Origin: a virus
Taxonomy: Duplodnaviria > Caudoviricetes
Length of the DNA stretch: 55,802 bases
Virus record (IMG/VR): IMGVR_UViG_3300011252_000208
Span: 1 to 55,802 of that record
Reading direction: 5' to 3' (one strand)
Position numbers and translations under genes: made by a program. The notes under the pieces were generated by a model. It saw nothing but the letters and a program-made list of their open reading frames with translations. It did no database searches and was not told the origin of the DNA. Positions 53,266 through 55,802 of the stretch are shown one piece after another. How positions within the stretch are numbered: position 1 is the first letter of the stretch; each line of letters starts with the position of its first letter.

Positions 53266-54132
53266 TTAACTCCAACTTTGAATTGTAACAGCGTTTGCAC
53301 TAAGGGTCGCATTGCCTTGCTTGTTATATGAGTCATATATACCCCAAAGCACCCAAAAAACTTCATTCGGTTGCATGAGTATTGGGAAAGAATAACCCGC
53401 CGAACCAGACGTATTCTTCCCCACCCCAGCAGATGAATTTCTTGCCATATTATTCCAAGCAGTTAAGCTGCTAGAACCAAACTTAAGTTCCATACCCTCA
53501 TTCAGTATTTTTGTTTGAGTGTTTGTCCCACTTGGAACGCCTTTGTAAAAATGCAAACCTTTATAGATATAGCCTGTGCCGCTTAAACTGTTAGCAGTAA
53601 TTCCTGTACCTATACTTACCCGAACCCAGAGTATCTTTGGGTCAGTTGTAGTAATAACAGAACTTTGTGCAGCGATATTCCCAAATGTGCTTATAGTATT
53701 GTAGGCGATTTCATTGAAAGCGGTTCCGTTAGATGGTCCAAAACCATCTGCTATTGTTTGATCTGACGATGGGCCAGAAACTGATTCATATGTCAGTCCA
53801 CCAGCAGCAGCTTCAGCCCAAGATAGGTCGTTAGCACCTGCGGTTAAAACATAGCCTGACGTACCTTTAGCCAACGCTGCAGCCACACCTGATGAGTTGC
53901 CTACTTGTATAGCACCCCTAGCCAACGCGCCCACAGACGCGCCTGTAGCTGTTATAGAACCCGCAGCAGCAATATTTACTGTACCATCTGCGACTGATGC
54001 CACCGTAGCGTCAGCGCCGTTTTTAATTACAACGTCTGTGCTGCTACCATCGCCCTTTAGGATAAGGCCGTCAGCCGTGGTGTTGGTAATCGAACCCGTC
54101 GAGAACCCTGCTAAATCTCTGGCTTTGGTCAT
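53266..54132 (-). CDS. Tail fibre / receptor-binding protein 2
   Basis: MTKARDLA N-terminus; GYVLTAG..LSW; followed by a chaperone. Confidence 0.75.
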   Translation of the reverse strand: MTKARDLAGFSTGSITNTTADGLILKGDGSSTDVVIKNGADATVASVADGTVNIAAAGSITATGASVGALARGAIQVGNSSGVAAALAKGTSGYVLTAGANDLSWAEAAAGGLTYESVSGPSSDQTIADGFGPSNGTAFNEIAYNTISTFGNIAAQSSVITTTDPKILWVRVSIGTGITANSLSGTGYIYKGLHFYKGVPSGTNTQTKILNEGMELKFGSSSLTAWNNMARNSSAGVGKNTSGSAGYSFPILMQPNEVFWVLWGIYDSYNKQGNATLSANAVTIQSWS

Positions 54133-54134
54133 AG

Positions 54135-54350
54135 TTATTCTCCGTTGATTTTATTTTTATCTATAAAGTCAGGATCAACGGGCCAAGTAACATTTGCGGG
54201 AAATCCAGACTGAGCGGGTATGTCCCGCAGTGCTTGTCGATAAGTACGCCACTCGTCTGTGATGCGGTCAGCTAATGCCATTGTGTCCGATAGTTCAAGG
54301 AGTAAATTTCTATTCTCTCTAACTATATCAGATGCGGTTTTGACAGACAT
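54135..54350 (-). CDS. Tail fibre assembly chaperone
   Basis: RENRNLLLELSD...WRTYRQALRDIPAQSGFP..V.WP. Confidence 0.85.
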   Translation of the reverse strand: MSVKTASDIVRENRNLLLELSDTMALADRITDEWRTYRQALRDIPAQSGFPANVTWPVDPDFIDKNKINGE

Positions 54351-55802
54351 TATAATTTCCCTACGTTAAGATAAATTGAAGATGAAGACAAAGCAATGCC
54401 CAAGGCTCCAACTCCATCTACTCCAGCAACACTAAGTGACGATGAACCAGAAGTTAATGCGTACGTCTGACCAGTTGTTAGCCCACTTACTGACGTATTA
54501 ATTCCACCAGCAACCGTAACCTTTCCTGTTGCCCCATTTGATATGTTTTCCGCTGCAATACCTACAAACGCTGGGGAGGTTGCATTAAGAATGCGAACAT
54601 TAGTTCCATCAGCATTTACCAGACTACCCGTATCAGGGTCATAAACGGCGGCGGGGTAGTAGTCACTTTTTCCTATACCCCATTGAACCTTTTGCGATAT
54701 TGGTGCAAAGGTAATCTCTGCAGCACCTACGGACACTTCTAAAAGAGTATTAGCAGTCCCTGCAGTTTCATGATACTGTAAGTATTGTTTATCACCAGCA
54801 ACGATTAAATAGGTATTGCCGTCCCCCATCGATAAAGGAGTGCCAGTATCAAGCCGAACTCCACCAGTATCCGCAAGCGTAATATTTGTGCCACTAACTG
54901 TTAAAATGTAATAGTAAAAATAAGAGCCAGCATAGCTGCTGATAAGAACTGTTTTGTTAAGAGAGGGTATATACGTTAGCTGGGGATGTGGACCGCTACC
55001 AGTAAGTCCAGTGCCATCAACTTCCGACCCACCACTAACGCTTGTTCCGCTGATCGTTAAAGTTTTCATAGTAATCTTGAGTTCACCCGATATTTTATAA
55101 GCCATGATAAATTTATTTGCGGTAGAATCAAAACACAATGCAGTACAATCTGCTGAAGAATTACCTACAGATACTTGTGCTTGTGTCCCAAGGGAAACAG
55201 TTGTGCCGCTGACAGTTCCAACGCGGCCATAAATTACGCCCCCATCATAAACGAAAAGAACTTTTTGTGCATTACTATCGTAATCAACTTTAACATTATT
55301 TGTTCCAGATGACCTTAGTGTTACAGGAGTACCAAACGAAAGGCTTGTACCACTAACTGTTACAACCACCGCCATTGCGTAATTATTGCCGGAATTTTGA
55401 TTATAGGTAACTACAGTCTTTCCAGAATTAACATCATAAGCGGCGTCCATATCTATCGCTGTGGCGCTAGTAGTAGCGGCAGTTCCAAATGAAATTTGCC
55501 CGTTAGCAATAGTTCCAACTCTGCCATAAAGATAGTTGCTAGTACCTCTAAAAAACAATAACACTTTGTCATTAGCAGTATCATAAACTAACGCAGCACT
55601 ATCTGACGCCCCACTCCCCTGTGCCACAGCAGCTTGCAACTCTGCTTCCGCTACAGAAACTGTCCCACTAGAGGTCAATCCTACTAAATTACCCGCTGAA
55701 ATAGCACCTGTAGCAGTAAACGTCTGTTCACCACCACCGCTTGCCGCCACAAACGATAAATCGGTGCCATCAGATGTTAGAACTGTTCCCGCAGCACCTT
55801 TT
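54350..55802 (-). CDS. Tail fibre / receptor-binding protein 1, C-terminal part (runs off window end)
   Basis: Frame open to 55802 (KGAAGTVLTSDGTDLSFV...); repeated YD...K.V..Y...G..GTVSGTxxSxG blade-like units. Confidence 0.8.
   Translation of the reverse strand, partial: KGAAGTVLTSDGTDLSFVAASGGGEQTFTATGAISAGNLVGLTSSGTVSVAEAELQAAVAQGSGASDSAALVYDTANDKVLLFFRGTSNYLYGRVGTIANGQISFGTAATTSATAIDMDAAYDVNSGKTVVTYNQNSGNNYAMAVVVTVSGTSLSFGTPVTLRSSGTNNVKVDYDSNAQKVLFVYDGGVIYGRVGTVSGTTVSLGTQAQVSVGNSSADCTALCFDSTANKFIMAYKISGELKITMKTLTISGTSVSGGSEVDGTGLTGSGPHPQLTYIPSLNKTVLISSYAGSYFYYYILTVSGTNITLADTGGVRLDTGTPLSMGDGNTYLIVAGDKQYLQYHETAGTANTLLEVSVGAAEITFAPISQKVQWGIGKSDYYPAAVYDPDTGSLVNADGTNVRILNATSPAFVGIAAENISNGATGKVTVAGGINTSVSGLTTGQTYALTSGSSSLSVAGVDGVGALGIALSSSSIYLNVGKL

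Larger units (their letters stand above)
1..55802. mobile_element. Near-complete podovirus-like phage genome, apparently lytic
   Basis: Head, tail, ejection, lysis and replication modules all present; no host housekeeping genes; both ends fall within tail-fibre-like coding sequence. Confidence 0.95.

Noticed and set aside
53061-55802. Diversity-generating retroelement or invertible fibre switch
   Set aside because: No reverse transcriptase, invertase, or TR/VR pair seen
1-55802. tRNA genes, introns or inteins
   Set aside because: No cloverleaf seen in intergenic gaps; terL, helicase and primase look uninterrupted (not verified computationally)
55799-55802. Exact circular closure of the genome
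   Set aside because: An in-frame junction has a 1-in-3 chance, no terminal overlap is visible, and comparison with fibre 2 suggests missing sequence

Overview
The window is almost the whole genome of a lytic podovirus-type dsDNA phage; no integrase or DNA polymerase was seen. The gene set resembles uncultured marine phages and the host is probably alphaproteobacterial (inference). It is linearised inside a tail-fibre gene. Nearly all genes are on the - strand: head module (terL, portal, GroES-like co-chaperonin, scaffold, major capsid, adaptors) at 0.5-16 kb; a 1818-aa probable virion-carried polyvalent protein with a C-terminal ART-like domain; a repeat- and promoter-rich putative early/terminus region at 21.7-28.9 kb (alpha-CTD-like protein, amidoligase-wHTH fusion, gamma-glutamylcyclotransferase, terS, iteron/IHF origin-like element); a short + strand cassette at 29-31.4 kb; replication/recombination genes (TOPRIM-AAA_25 primase-helicase, Cas4-like nuclease, SF2 helicase, SSB, Sak4-like ATPase); ejection proteins; lysis genes; tail nozzle and two fibre+chaperone pairs. 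Most striking unexplained signals: (1) a palindrome CCGAACAATTGTTCGG whose half-site occurs at least 27 times genome-wide; (2) three ORF-less RNA elements displaying anti-Shine-Dalgarno sequences, one with a perfect 12-nt match to an early-gene RBS, plus a shared TAGC-A-rich-AGGA leader; (3) a recurrent [MFY]xxGGx[VIA] motif across virion-associated proteins; (4) an amidoligase-wHTH plus GGCT pair beside a strand-skew switch with polarised CCCGA repeats and CCGG clusters. All assignments come from motif recognition by eye; no database searches were run.
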